From IMG/VR virus record IMGVR_UViG_3300028388_003769: a DNA stretch of 20,000 nucleotides; one strand, given 5' to 3'. Position numbers and translations under genes: made by a program. A model generated the notes under the pieces. It was not told the DNA's origin. It worked only from the letters and a program-made list of their open reading frames with translations, and did no database searches. This DNA is from an uncultured virus (IMG/VR IMGVR_UViG_3300028388_003769). Its lineage: Duplodnaviria; Heunggongvirae; Uroviricota; Caudoviricetes. Numbering within the stretch: position 1 is the stretch's first letter; each line of letters starts with the position of its first letter. Below, piece after piece: positions 7,524 to 16,370 of the stretch.

Positions 7524-8009
7524 TTACAGTGTGAGTGGTTTATATTCTAATACCGCACCATTTTCTCCATCTTCTGAAACTTCTACAGACATGCTGCGTT
7601 TAGATGAGTAGTTCTGTAAAAGATAATCCAATATCTCCTCAGCTAACATTTCACAAGATTTATAATCTAATTCCAACTTTCCTGGATCGTATAGATTTTC
7701 TAATTCTCTTTTTAGCATTATAAACTCAATGTCACGATTGTTATGCTCAACTTCAATTTTTACTTTAAAGTGAAATATGTGTCTATGTGGATATCTCAAA
7801 AACTTTACCTCTTCAGGAGCATCAGGATATTTGTGAATTCCTTCCTTTTTAAAAGTAATCCATATATATCTCTTCAACTCATAGGTCTTGTAGTAACGAT
7901 GAGAACCTTCATCAATAGATAGTGTGGCAGTCTCGTGTTTTGACTGTTCACTACCTTGCGTACGAGGTTCACGATCTTGTTTATGTTTGTTAATGTTTTT
8001 ATTATTCAC
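7524..8009 (-). CDS. dpdL: QueD-like T-fold protein with LxxxHRHxF motif (DpdL-like putative CDG decarboxylase)
   Basis: LRYPHRHIF at 7773-7799, plus RDIEFI, SCEMLAE and VSEDGENG. T-fold pattern related to QueD but lacking the canonical QueD CxxxHGH. Confidence 0.75.
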   Translation of the reverse strand: MNNKNINKHKQDREPRTQGSEQSKHETATLSIDEGSHRYYKTYELKRYIWITFKKEGIHKYPDAPEEVKFLRYPHRHIFHFKVKIEVEHNNRDIEFIMLKRELENLYDPGKLELDYKSCEMLAEEILDYLLQNYSSKRSMSVEVSEDGENGAVLEYKPLTL

Positions 8010-8685
8010 ACTTTAGATTATTAGCTATTAACGAAAACCATTCATTCTTTACAGACGGATTATAAAACTGACCACTAAGTACAGTGGTTTGTGTAAGTGA
8101 GCAATGAGCATTTACTCCTCTATTTTCCATACAACCGTGAGTACCGTGTATATAAACACCAACATCCTTAGTTCCTGTGTGTTTAATTACAGCATCGCTT
8201 ATCTGTCTTGTAAGCTCTTCTTGCAACGTTCCACGTCTAGCATACCACTGTGCAAGTCTAACATACTTAGACAAGCCTATAACATGAGTTGCTGGGATCA
8301 AGCCTATAAATGCAATACCTTTTACAGGCTGGTGATGGTGTGAGCACATAGAAACTATTTCAGCTCTGATATTTAAAATGCCCGTATATCGGTCTTTGGG
8401 GTTGTCGTTAGGAAATGCTGTAATGTTGGGCGGTTCTGTGTATCTACCAGACATAAGTTCATTGAAATACATCTTAGCCATTCGTCGAGCTGTGTCTTGT
8501 GAGTTTGGATCATTCTTACGATCTATCAAAAGAGTATCCAACACACCTTCAAATTTTTCGGTTAGCTCGTCTATTAACTCAGCTTTTTCCTGTTCACCGA
8601 CAAACTCCCAAATAGTATCACTAGCAAAATAGCGCTTTCCATGAGACTCCATACGGTCTCTTATTACTTTTGAAACTTCTTTCAT
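8002..8685 (-). CDS. folE: GTP cyclohydrolase I
   Basis: TARRMAKMY..EL..G, SMCSHHHQP, IGLSK..R, RR..LQEEL and HGCMENRGV. Confidence 0.96.
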   Translation of the reverse strand: MKEVSKVIRDRMESHGKRYFASDTIWEFVGEQEKAELIDELTEKFEGVLDTLLIDRKNDPNSQDTARRMAKMYFNELMSGRYTEPPNITAFPNDNPKDRYTGILNIRAEIVSMCSHHHQPVKGIAFIGLIPATHVIGLSKYVRLAQWYARRGTLQEELTRQISDAVIKHTGTKDVGVYIHGTHGCMENRGVNAHCSLTQTTVLSGQFYNPSVKNEWFSLIANNLKCE

Positions 8686-8711
8686 TTACTTGTAACTTTA
8701 TTAAAAAATAA

Positions 8712-10361
8712 TTAAGATTCACATGCAACACACTCGAGAAGGTTTCTTCCAACCTGTTGAGCGTTGTTTACTGATCTTTGATAATATAACGTTTTTATTC
8801 CAGATTTCCAAGCAATTAAGTAAAGATTATTTAAATCTTTTAACTCTATGTTATTAGTGTTAATCATAAGATTCAAAGACTGACCCTGATCAATATATTT
8901 TTGGCGAATGCTAGCTTGTCTGATTACAGCCAATTGAGACACTTCTTCAAAAGTTCTAAATACATCTTTCTCTTGCTCTGATAGAAAATCTAAATGTTGC
9001 ACAGAGCCTCCTCTGCGTGAAATGCTCTGCCACACTTCAGGAGTGTCTTTGTTCTTTTTTTGTAACACTTTTTTTAATTCTGGATTTTTGAAAGTCCACT
9101 TTCCTTTTGCAGTGTCTTTTATAAAGTAATTAGATGCAAGAGGTTCTATACTTGGTGAAACTTGACCTAGTATAAAAGAAGAGCTTGTTGTAGGTGCTAT
9201 AGCTAGTCGTGTTGTAAATCTCTCACCATAACCTTTTAGCATTTTAGGCTCACCATACTTATGTGCTAACTCGTGACTGGCTTTAACAGACTTTCTGTGA
9301 ATGAATTGAAATATCTCAGAAGTAATGTAATTAGCTGCTAGATCATCAAATGGAAGACTTTTACTCTGCAAGTAGCTGTGCCATCCTAGGACACCAACTC
9401 CTATACTTCTGTGTTCTTTAGCAAACTTTACAGCTTTTTCCATATATGGAATTTTGGAAGCTTTTTGTATAAAGTCAGTTAAAACACTATCCAAAAAGTA
9501 GTGTAGTGTTTCTACAGCATCGGTTTCTTTAAACTCATCAAAGTGTAGCAAATTCAAACTACTCAAACAACAAGTAAATGACTTTTCCTCATCACTATAC
9601 TCCATAATCTCTGTACACATTTGACTATGCTTGATAGCGATATCTTTATCTTTATAGACTTGAGGCTTGTTATTATTTACATTGTCTTCAAAAAAGATGA
9701 AAGGATACCCAGTCTCACTCCTTCTCTGCAAGATCAGTGCCCATATCCTTCGCTTTTCCTCATCTCCATCTATCATAGACTGCATCCATCCAGGAGGAAT
9801 AGTGACTGCTGTTGAAAGGGTTTTTATAGGATGGCCTTCTGTTCTACATCTTAAAAATTCCTCTATGTCTGCATGATCTATTGGTAGGTATGCTGCAAAG
9901 TGTCCTCGACGAGCTTCTCCTTGAGTAACCACAGAGGTTGTTGCTTGAAAAGCTTCCATAAAATGAACTGGACCTCCACTCTTGCCTTTACCTTTAATTT
10001 GAGATCCTCTAGGTCTTAAATTACCAAAATAGCCTGCTGTTCCTCCTCCATTGGATGTCATCATCCCTATTTCAGAAACAGATCTTAAAATATCAGGTAA
10101 GTGGTCTTGGATCGTAATTCCAAAACATGAAATTCCTAATCCTCTATCTAAACCAAAGTTTAACCAAATAGGAGTGGCTAGAGAGTAGTATCCTCGTGCT
10201 ACGTAGTCTTCAAACTTATCTGCAAATCCTTTTATTTGTAGTATGCTCTCTGCATGTTCTGCTATCTGCCTAATCCGCTGCTGTGGAGTTACGTCTTTTT
10301 GTAAATAGCCTCGTTTTAAAAACGAGATTGATTGTTCATTGAGCCATTGATATTGTGCCAT
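8712..10361 (-). CDS. nrdA: Class I ribonucleotide reductase alpha subunit (no ATP cone)
   Basis: ATP.W.N.G..RG..ISCF, GGGT, QGEARRG..A.YL..DH.DIEEFL, SQMCTEI, CCLSSLNL, AIAPTTSSS, IDQGQSLN, KTLYYQR and C-terminal CVACES. Confidence 0.96.
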   Translation of the reverse strand: MAQYQWLNEQSISFLKRGYLQKDVTPQQRIRQIAEHAESILQIKGFADKFEDYVARGYYSLATPIWLNFGLDRGLGISCFGITIQDHLPDILRSVSEIGMMTSNGGGTAGYFGNLRPRGSQIKGKGKSGGPVHFMEAFQATTSVVTQGEARRGHFAAYLPIDHADIEEFLRCRTEGHPIKTLSTAVTIPPGWMQSMIDGDEEKRRIWALILQRRSETGYPFIFFEDNVNNNKPQVYKDKDIAIKHSQMCTEIMEYSDEEKSFTCCLSSLNLLHFDEFKETDAVETLHYFLDSVLTDFIQKASKIPYMEKAVKFAKEHRSIGVGVLGWHSYLQSKSLPFDDLAANYITSEIFQFIHRKSVKASHELAHKYGEPKMLKGYGERFTTRLAIAPTTSSSFILGQVSPSIEPLASNYFIKDTAKGKWTFKNPELKKVLQKKNKDTPEVWQSISRRGGSVQHLDFLSEQEKDVFRTFEEVSQLAVIRQASIRQKYIDQGQSLNLMINTNNIELKDLNNLYLIAWKSGIKTLYYQRSVNNAQQVGRNLLECVACES

Positions 10362-10384
10362 TGTTGGTTGTGTTTTTGGTTATG

Positions 10385-11362
10385 TTAAAAAAGCTTGTCG
10401 GAGCTGAAAGAGCGCATTTTGCGTTGATACTCTATTGGTTTCTTATAAAAGAAATCTGTTAGTGCTGAAGCGAATACTTCGTCCTCCATCCATTGGGTTT
10501 GTTCTATATAGTGGGGCTCTACTTGAAAAACTTCCTTCAATCCTATACGCACTAAGGACTCATTTAGTCTTCTTTTAACGTATGCTTTTAAAATATCTTG
10601 TGAAACAAACTCATTAGAATAATCTCCAACCATCCATTCAATCAAGTTACACTCAGCCATATACGCTTCTATTGACTCCTCTATAATTCGTTGTTCAAAC
10701 TCCTCATCAAAAATCTCAGGATGCTCTTTACGAATTTGAGTAAGAAGTGCCATACCTCCTTCAGCATGTAAGTTTTCTTCCTTAGAAGTGTACTGTACTA
10801 CGTTAGCCATGTCCTTTAGAATTCCTCTAAATCTATTAAAACCTAATATAATAAAGAACTGGCTAAATAGAGATACGTTTTCAGTAAAAAGAGTAAACAG
10901 TGCTAATGAATAGCATATGTTTTTGCGGTCGTCTTCGTAGTGCTTATTTATATATTTGTTAAGATACCTAACTCGTCCTTTGATAAACTCCTCGCTAAGT
11001 ATGTTTTGAAACTCATCATTAAAGCCTAGTTTATTTAAAATCTCTGAGTAAGCTCTACTGTGAATTACTTCTATACCTCCAAACACAGCTCCCATATCAC
11101 CAATTTCAGGTTTGGGAATTAACTTACCAATGTTAGACCAGTAGCTCTTAACAGCAACTTCGACTTGACTAATCAATAAACTAGCTCGTTTAATCAACTC
11201 TTGTTCTTGCTTACTCAGTTTTGTATTATAGTCTTGAACATCGCTAGAAAAAGTAAACTCATTTACAGTCCAATGACCGGCCCACATAGCTTCTATTAAA
11301 GGTTTTGATATAAAGTCATACTCGAACGGTTTGTAGTTATCTCTTGGTGTAAATATAGACAT
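10385..11362 (-). CDS. nrdB: Class I ribonucleotide reductase beta subunit
   Basis: KPFEY, HW...E, SQVEVAV, EVIHSRAY (radical Tyr retained), FTENVSLFSQF, KEENLH and DFF...P.EY. Confidence 0.95.
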   Translation of the reverse strand: MSIFTPRDNYKPFEYDFISKPLIEAMWAGHWTVNEFTFSSDVQDYNTKLSKQEQELIKRASLLISQVEVAVKSYWSNIGKLIPKPEIGDMGAVFGGIEVIHSRAYSEILNKLGFNDEFQNILSEEFIKGRVRYLNKYINKHYEDDRKNICYSLALFTLFTENVSLFSQFFIILGFNRFRGILKDMANVVQYTSKEENLHAEGGMALLTQIRKEHPEIFDEEFEQRIIEESIEAYMAECNLIEWMVGDYSNEFVSQDILKAYVKRRLNESLVRIGLKEVFQVEPHYIEQTQWMEDEVFASALTDFFYKKPIEYQRKMRSFSSDKLF

Positions 11363-11376
11363 ATTGTATTTTTAAT

Positions 11377-11922
11377 TTATGAAAAAATAACTGCTACTAC
11401 TATGCTCAGTATAGCAAGCGGTATTCGTAGGTTTCTATCCCACCTAGGTACTGCTATACCTAATAGTGGAATTTTATAAAACCTTCCAGTAGGATCCTCA
11501 GTTCTAATACTAGTGAAGTGTAGTCCTGATCCTAAATTTATAAATCCCTTATGCAGTACTAATCCTGGATAGACTGAGCATATTATCATTATTAGATCAC
11601 CACCTAACAGTAGCATGAATCCCATAGCACATGGCATTATCAACGTCTCCCATAAATGAATGTCTGAAAAGGCTGCTAGTGGTTCTAAGAAAGATTGCAT
11701 AACCATTATGCAACTTAAAATAGAAAAAATAAATAAAAAGCTAGTTAGCATAAGTTGTAGTGTGGACTGTGGTAAGCTGTGAGAAAATAACACCATAATA
11801 GTTAGTGTTATAACTAATACCATAGTAGAAACTACCATAGCTAAATACCTTTCTGCATAACCAAATCCATTCTGCGCTCCAGATAGCGCACGCAGGACTA
11901 TCAGGGATAGTAACTCAAACAT
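11377..11922 (-). CDS. Hypothetical integral membrane protein
   Basis: 181 aa with about 4-6 hydrophobic stretches, e.g. LAMVVSTMVLVITLTIMVLF, LMLTSFLFIFSILSCIMVM and IPLAILSIVVAVIFS. Confidence 0.7.
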   Translation of the reverse strand: MFELLSLIVLRALSGAQNGFGYAERYLAMVVSTMVLVITLTIMVLFSHSLPQSTLQLMLTSFLFIFSILSCIMVMQSFLEPLAAFSDIHLWETLIMPCAMGFMLLLGGDLIMIICSVYPGLVLHKGFINLGSGLHFTSIRTEDPTGRFYKIPLLGIAVPRWDRNLRIPLAILSIVVAVIFS

Positions 11923-11955
11923 TTTAGGAAAATTTATTATTGTATCGTTGTGTTA

Positions 11956-11962
11956 ATAAATA
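11956..11962 (-). promoter_or_regulatory. Putative phage-specific (late-type) promoter motif TATTTAT
   Basis: Minus strand cTATTTATtaa in the gap between the helicase stop and the membrane protein start. Confidence 0.3.
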
Positions 11963-11972
11963 GGGACTTTTA

Positions 11973-13340
11973 TTATTGATCTTGTTGTTTTTCTTTAAAA
12001 AAGTCATAATATTTTCTTTTTAAATCATTGCGAACTTGATTAGACCCTTCAGACCGGTCTTGTCTAGTCTGTATCGCTTGATGACTTGTTGGTTTAAATA
12101 TTTGTATATTTCCATTAGCTGCATTAAACTTACTTGGAAATGACAATCCGTCTGGACCGAATCTGTTTTTGATAATATGAACCATAGCAGTATCTGCTAA
12201 TTTATCCTCTGTCCTTCTAGCCATACTCAGTATAAAATCACCAGTAAATGCTTTACTTATATCTTCAGATATAGCTGTTGCATCTACAACTTCAGAATCT
12301 ATTGAGGATCGGTTACTTTGGGAAGCTGTCCAAACAGGACAATTATACTCCCCAGCTATGTTTCTCAAGCCTTCATAGATGCCTCGTAGTTCAAGTCTCA
12401 ACTCCTTAGCGTTTCCTTTTAGTAGGTCAGCATAATCGACTATAATAACATCAGGTTCGAAGTTCATAATCTTACACCTATCTAAATGAGCTTTTAGAGT
12501 TAATAAGCTAGCACTTTTAGTGGGGTACTCTTCTATAATTAGATTTCCTGGTAATTGTTTTACAACATCTAGTATGTGGTCTTTGTGTATGTTTAGTGCA
12601 CTGTTATTTACACCAGTAATAATGCTATCATATCTTAATCCTGTATAGAATTTATTAAGCTCTAAAGTATAGTGTACTACGTTTAAACCCTTTTTAACAC
12701 CTCCGGCACCAATAGCAGCTAATACCCAAGACTTACCAGCACCAGGTGGTGCAACCACAACTCCCAGCTCTCCTCCAGCCAGTCCTCCTTGAGTTAGATC
12801 GTTAATTACTTCCCAGGGAGTTTCAGTTGTATCTCTGTTAGTCTCTTCATATCTCTGCTCAGCCTCCTCCTTATAGTTGTGACCTATATCACGGTTCATA
12901 CCAACTTTAAGAGCCTTATCTAGTGTTTGTTTTATACCGTCATAGTCTGACGACTTTAATAAATCAGCTGAAGTAAGGATAGCTTGTTTTAGTTCTTGGT
13001 TTTTGCAGAAATTTAGAGTTTGGGTTTTGACGTAGTCGAGATCAGTAGAGTTTTTATTAACCCAAGAGTCTCTAAGAAACTTTTTTGCTTCTTCTTTAAG
13101 AACTTTATTACGATCGTCAAGATTTTCTAGCTCGGTCTTAAACACCAGTAAGGTAGGACACTTTTTATGCTCAACAAAGTAATCCGACGCAGTTTGTATG
13201 AGAAAGCTAGCACCTTCGTTGGAAAAGTACTGTGGGCTTAGTATATCCACAACTTGTCCAAAAAAAATACTATCCTGCATTAGCGAGGATAGTATCTTAG
13301 TCTGGTAGTCATAACCGTATCTTTTAAATGTATCTTGCAT
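11973..13340 (-). CDS. dnaB: Replicative DNA helicase (DnaB / T4 gp41-like, SF4)
   Basis: GGLAGGELGVVVAPPGAGKS (Walker A), YTLEL, IIVDYADLL (Walker B), VWTASQSNR and KNRFGPDG. Confidence 0.94.
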   Translation of the reverse strand: MQDTFKRYGYDYQTKILSSLMQDSIFFGQVVDILSPQYFSNEGASFLIQTASDYFVEHKKCPTLLVFKTELENLDDRNKVLKEEAKKFLRDSWVNKNSTDLDYVKTQTLNFCKNQELKQAILTSADLLKSSDYDGIKQTLDKALKVGMNRDIGHNYKEEAEQRYEETNRDTTETPWEVINDLTQGGLAGGELGVVVAPPGAGKSWVLAAIGAGGVKKGLNVVHYTLELNKFYTGLRYDSIITGVNNSALNIHKDHILDVVKQLPGNLIIEEYPTKSASLLTLKAHLDRCKIMNFEPDVIIVDYADLLKGNAKELRLELRGIYEGLRNIAGEYNCPVWTASQSNRSSIDSEVVDATAISEDISKAFTGDFILSMARRTEDKLADTAMVHIIKNRFGPDGLSFPSKFNAANGNIQIFKPTSHQAIQTRQDRSEGSNQVRNDLKRKYYDFFKEKQQDQ

Positions 13341-14377
13341 TAATTAAACCTATTAAAAAGTAACCACCAACGATGAGCATCTTGTAATATTTCTTGTAAA
13401 TCGTTTTCTACTAGAATCTCTATAAGTTGGTTTCTATTAAACTTAGGCAGATCGTAGTTGTTGTATATATTGCGTATCGACGACTTGATTGACGATGATA
13501 TTTCAGGATCCTGCAACTGCATTAGTCTGTAATTTCTATGCGCTATTTCTGCCTGATTGCATATCTTTTCGTATAGTTTTATCTTCGATCCATCCTGCAT
13601 ATTCCTTTGTGCATCTTGTATGATGTCGTTTACAGACTTGTGTGTAGTTACGTCATTCAATCCAAAGCGTTTATTTAAACTTTTAGAACCGACCCCATGC
13701 ACTCCTTTAATATTATCAGAAGGATCACCTGTAAAGCATCTTAATGTTAAATAGTTTTTTGGAGTATACCCGAAAAACCGTGCAACACTATCTTCAGTTA
13801 TCTCAGCCTTCATAGGAGAGTAGTATTGAGACACGTTGGGTCCAATAAGTTGAAGAAAGTCTTTATCGCTACTCACAATCAGCTTGTGTCTGTTAGTGTC
13901 GAGAACGTCAGCTATTAGGTACGCTATAACGTCGTCAGCCTCTATACCATCAATACTAAAAACTTTAATAGGAAGAACTTGTAGAATCTCAAACACAATC
14001 TGCAACTGTCGTGCTAGCGACTCGTGTTCATCCATACCTTGCAAAAATTGTGGTCGGTTAAAGGAGGTACCGCTGACACGTTTACCTTTATAGTCTTTAT
14101 ATATCTTACGTCGTCTATAACTACCTCCTTCACCATCTACCACAACAATCAGTTCATTGGGATTTTGTTCTTTTATAATCTTAGAAAGTGTTCTAAAAAA
14201 ACCAACAACTCCACCAGTGTGTTCTCCTGAATTAGCACTTACTGTAGGAACTACTGCAAATGCTCTCATAAAAATATTAAGACCATCTACTATTACTACT
14301 CTATCCTGTGCGCTCTCATACTCATTTGCTGATTGATTAGTTTTTGCATGTTGCAAATACTTTGTATATAAATCCAT
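13340..14377 (-). CDS. 5'-3' exonuclease / flap endonuclease (PolI N-terminal / T4 RNase H-like)
   Basis: IVDGLNIFMRAF, VVDGEGGSYRRRKIYKDYKGKR, EADDVIAY, VSSDKDFLQL and GDPSDNIKGVHGVG. Confidence 0.93.
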   Translation of the reverse strand: MDLYTKYLQHAKTNQSANEYESAQDRVVIVDGLNIFMRAFAVVPTVSANSGEHTGGVVGFFRTLSKIIKEQNPNELIVVVDGEGGSYRRRKIYKDYKGKRVSGTSFNRPQFLQGMDEHESLARQLQIVFEILQVLPIKVFSIDGIEADDVIAYLIADVLDTNRHKLIVSSDKDFLQLIGPNVSQYYSPMKAEITEDSVARFFGYTPKNYLTLRCFTGDPSDNIKGVHGVGSKSLNKRFGLNDVTTHKSVNDIIQDAQRNMQDGSKIKLYEKICNQAEIAHRNYRLMQLQDPEISSSIKSSIRNIYNNYDLPKFNRNQLIEILVENDLQEILQDAHRWWLLFNRFN

Positions 14378-15534
14378 TAACTTTCATTTTCAGGAATAAA
14401 ATCATCAGTTACTTCGACATCATCAATTCCTATAGCACGCTCGTTATCTTCGTTTTCTGAATTGATCTCATACTCAATGATCATAGATTCACATATTGCG
14501 TTGTAGACTCTATTTCGAACTTCCGGATCTTTAAGAACTTTGCTGTAAAAGTCTTTTGATTGAAACTTAAATTCATTAAGTACCTCTCCGGTATTAGGAT
14601 CTGTGTCTACATAAGTATACCACGAACCTCCTTGTGTAACTAGTTTCTTATCTTTCAAAATCTTTAACCAAGATCCGTAATCATCAATTCCACTTGCATA
14701 GTATATGTCATAATCAACAGTACGTCTTGGTGGACCTACTCTGTTCTTAAAAACGTCTGCTCTGGTTTTAATACCAATAACGTCTCCAGACTTGTTCTTT
14801 ATAGCTCCAACACTCTTCAATCGCAACCTAACTGATGCGTGAAATCCGATAGCTTTTCCGCCCGAAGTGGTATACTTGTCACCAAAAGCAACTCCTAACT
14901 TCTCGCGAAGCTGGTTTGTTAAAATTAAACAAACTCTTTCCCTACCTAAATAGGTAGTGATTTTTCTCATTGCTTCAGAAATTACTATAGCTTTTTCAGT
15001 GTTCCAACCTTTAATACCATACTCTCCAGCTATTTCTGATCGGACCGATGCTCCCATTACAGAGTCTATTACGATCGTAACAAGTGTGTCTTTATCCTGC
15101 TTACGAACCTGCTCTATAATAGACTCTGTAGCTTCAAATACATCTTCAATTGCTTGTATATTTGCATATACCATAGTGTTGAGATCAACACCTATAGCTT
15201 TCATAAAGTCTCTATGAACAGCAGTTTCAGTATCAATATATACACCAATACCACCTGCTTGTTGAGTAGACTTTATACAGTGGGCTGCTATTAGAGACTT
15301 ACCTGAAGCCTCTAAACCAGTTATTTCAGTAATACGACCTACCGGAAGTCCTCCATTAGGTCTGTTAGATATTGCTAAGTCTAAGGCCGTGCATCCAGTT
15401 GATACCCACCCATGTATGTCGGTAGGTGTCATTTCTCCGGGAGTGAGAAAATATGCAACCTTATCTAGTGATTTAATTCTTTTATTTAAATCCTTAGCTA
15501 AACTTTTGGTTAACTTATTAGCATCTACCATCAA
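14377..15534 (-). CDS. recA: RecA/UvsX-like recombinase
   Basis: STG..ALD..I, GGLPVGRITEITGLEASGKS, YIDTE, VIDSV, TNQLREKLGV.FGD..TTSGGKA..FHASVRL, KNRVGPP and GSWY. Confidence 0.95.
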   Translation of the reverse strand: MMVDANKLTKSLAKDLNKRIKSLDKVAYFLTPGEMTPTDIHGWVSTGCTALDLAISNRPNGGLPVGRITEITGLEASGKSLIAAHCIKSTQQAGGIGVYIDTETAVHRDFMKAIGVDLNTMVYANIQAIEDVFEATESIIEQVRKQDKDTLVTIVIDSVMGASVRSEIAGEYGIKGWNTEKAIVISEAMRKITTYLGRERVCLILTNQLREKLGVAFGDKYTTSGGKAIGFHASVRLRLKSVGAIKNKSGDVIGIKTRADVFKNRVGPPRRTVDYDIYYASGIDDYGSWLKILKDKKLVTQGGSWYTYVDTDPNTGEVLNEFKFQSKDFYSKVLKDPEVRNRVYNAICESMIIEYEINSENEDNERAIGIDDVEVTDDFIPENES

Positions 15535-16310
15535 CCTCCAAACAGACTGTTAAAAGTATCTACTGCGTCTTTGATGTTAGAGTCTCCCGATGGTTGTGAT
15601 GTGTTAGTTGTTGGCTGTGAGCTTTGTTGTGTTTGACTCATTTTTTCATCAGCCTTTTCTGGTTTAATATAGTTCTCAAACAACTGCTCCAACTCGTCAT
15701 ATGGAGTAGGTTTAAAAATCTCCTGTGCTTTAGGCATTTTAGCTATAAGCTTCTGAACATCTGGGTCCTCGGTTGCAGGAGTAATCACTGGTTTGACTCT
15801 TGCAGTAATTGTAGGATACGCTCCTTCGTTCTTAGGCTCTGCTCTTTTTACTACAACATCTCTTCCGTTTTTTATATCCGTAATGTCACCTACATCAGGA
15901 TCCATCATGTTTTCAATAAGAGATTGATAAAGAGTATCGCTAAAACCCCAAAACTTTACACCCTCATGTTCCTTACCTCTCACTAAGATAGGTACATGAA
16001 CACGTCTTTTCGGCTCTAATCTCTTAGCTTGGATGAAGTCATCCTTATTTCCTGTAGTTTCAAGTTTTCTACAAAACTCTAGAATTGGATCAGGATCGTT
16101 GAATGAAGCCGGACTAAGATGAGGTCTTGAGTCTAGTTTGTAGTAGAAGTATAATTCAATAAAAGGATTTTCCATATTGTGTATATATGGTAATATCCTA
16201 ATTTGATGTTCATCTGTAGGTTTCCAAAAAAGAGTGCTATCTCCACGACTGCTACCGTCGCTCTTTAAGTCCTCAAGCTTGGACTTTAATAAATCAAAAT
16301 TTAATGCCAT
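15531..16310 (-). CDS. Single-stranded DNA-binding protein (T4 gp32-like)
   Basis: FWKP...IRILP...PFIELYFYY...SP.SF..PDPI.EF, VRGKE.EGVKFWGF, GDITD...GRD; flexible Ser/Gln/Thr-rich tail ending DTFNSLFGG. Directly upstream of recA with an ATGA overlap. Confidence 0.82.
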   Translation of the reverse strand: MALNFDLLKSKLEDLKSDGSSRGDSTLFWKPTDEHQIRILPYIHNMENPFIELYFYYKLDSRPHLSPASFNDPDPILEFCRKLETTGNKDDFIQAKRLEPKRRVHVPILVRGKEHEGVKFWGFSDTLYQSLIENMMDPDVGDITDIKNGRDVVVKRAEPKNEGAYPTITARVKPVITPATEDPDVQKLIAKMPKAQEIFKPTPYDELEQLFENYIKPEKADEKMSQTQQSSQPTTNTSQPSGDSNIKDAVDTFNSLFGG

Positions 16311-16342
16311 CGATATTTTTTTTTTAATTAATCAGTAATATG

Positions 16343-16370
16343 AATATACTACTTTTATAATAAAAGACAA
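16343..16370 (-). promoter_or_regulatory. Putative host-RNAP promoter for the SSB-recA-exonuclease-helicase operon
   Basis: Minus strand (T)TTGTCT-N16-TATATT in an 80-bp AT-rich intergenic gap. Confidence 0.55.

Noticed and set aside
7524..8009. Calling this gene canonical queD
   Set aside because: It lacks CxxxHGH and has HRHxF instead, which fits the DpdL-type paralogue better.
668..15534. Inteins or group I introns in polA, nrdA, nrdB, dnaB or recA
   Set aside because: The ORFs are continuous and of normal length. The PolA insertion lacks intein C/S...HN termini and LAGLIDADG or HNH motifs.
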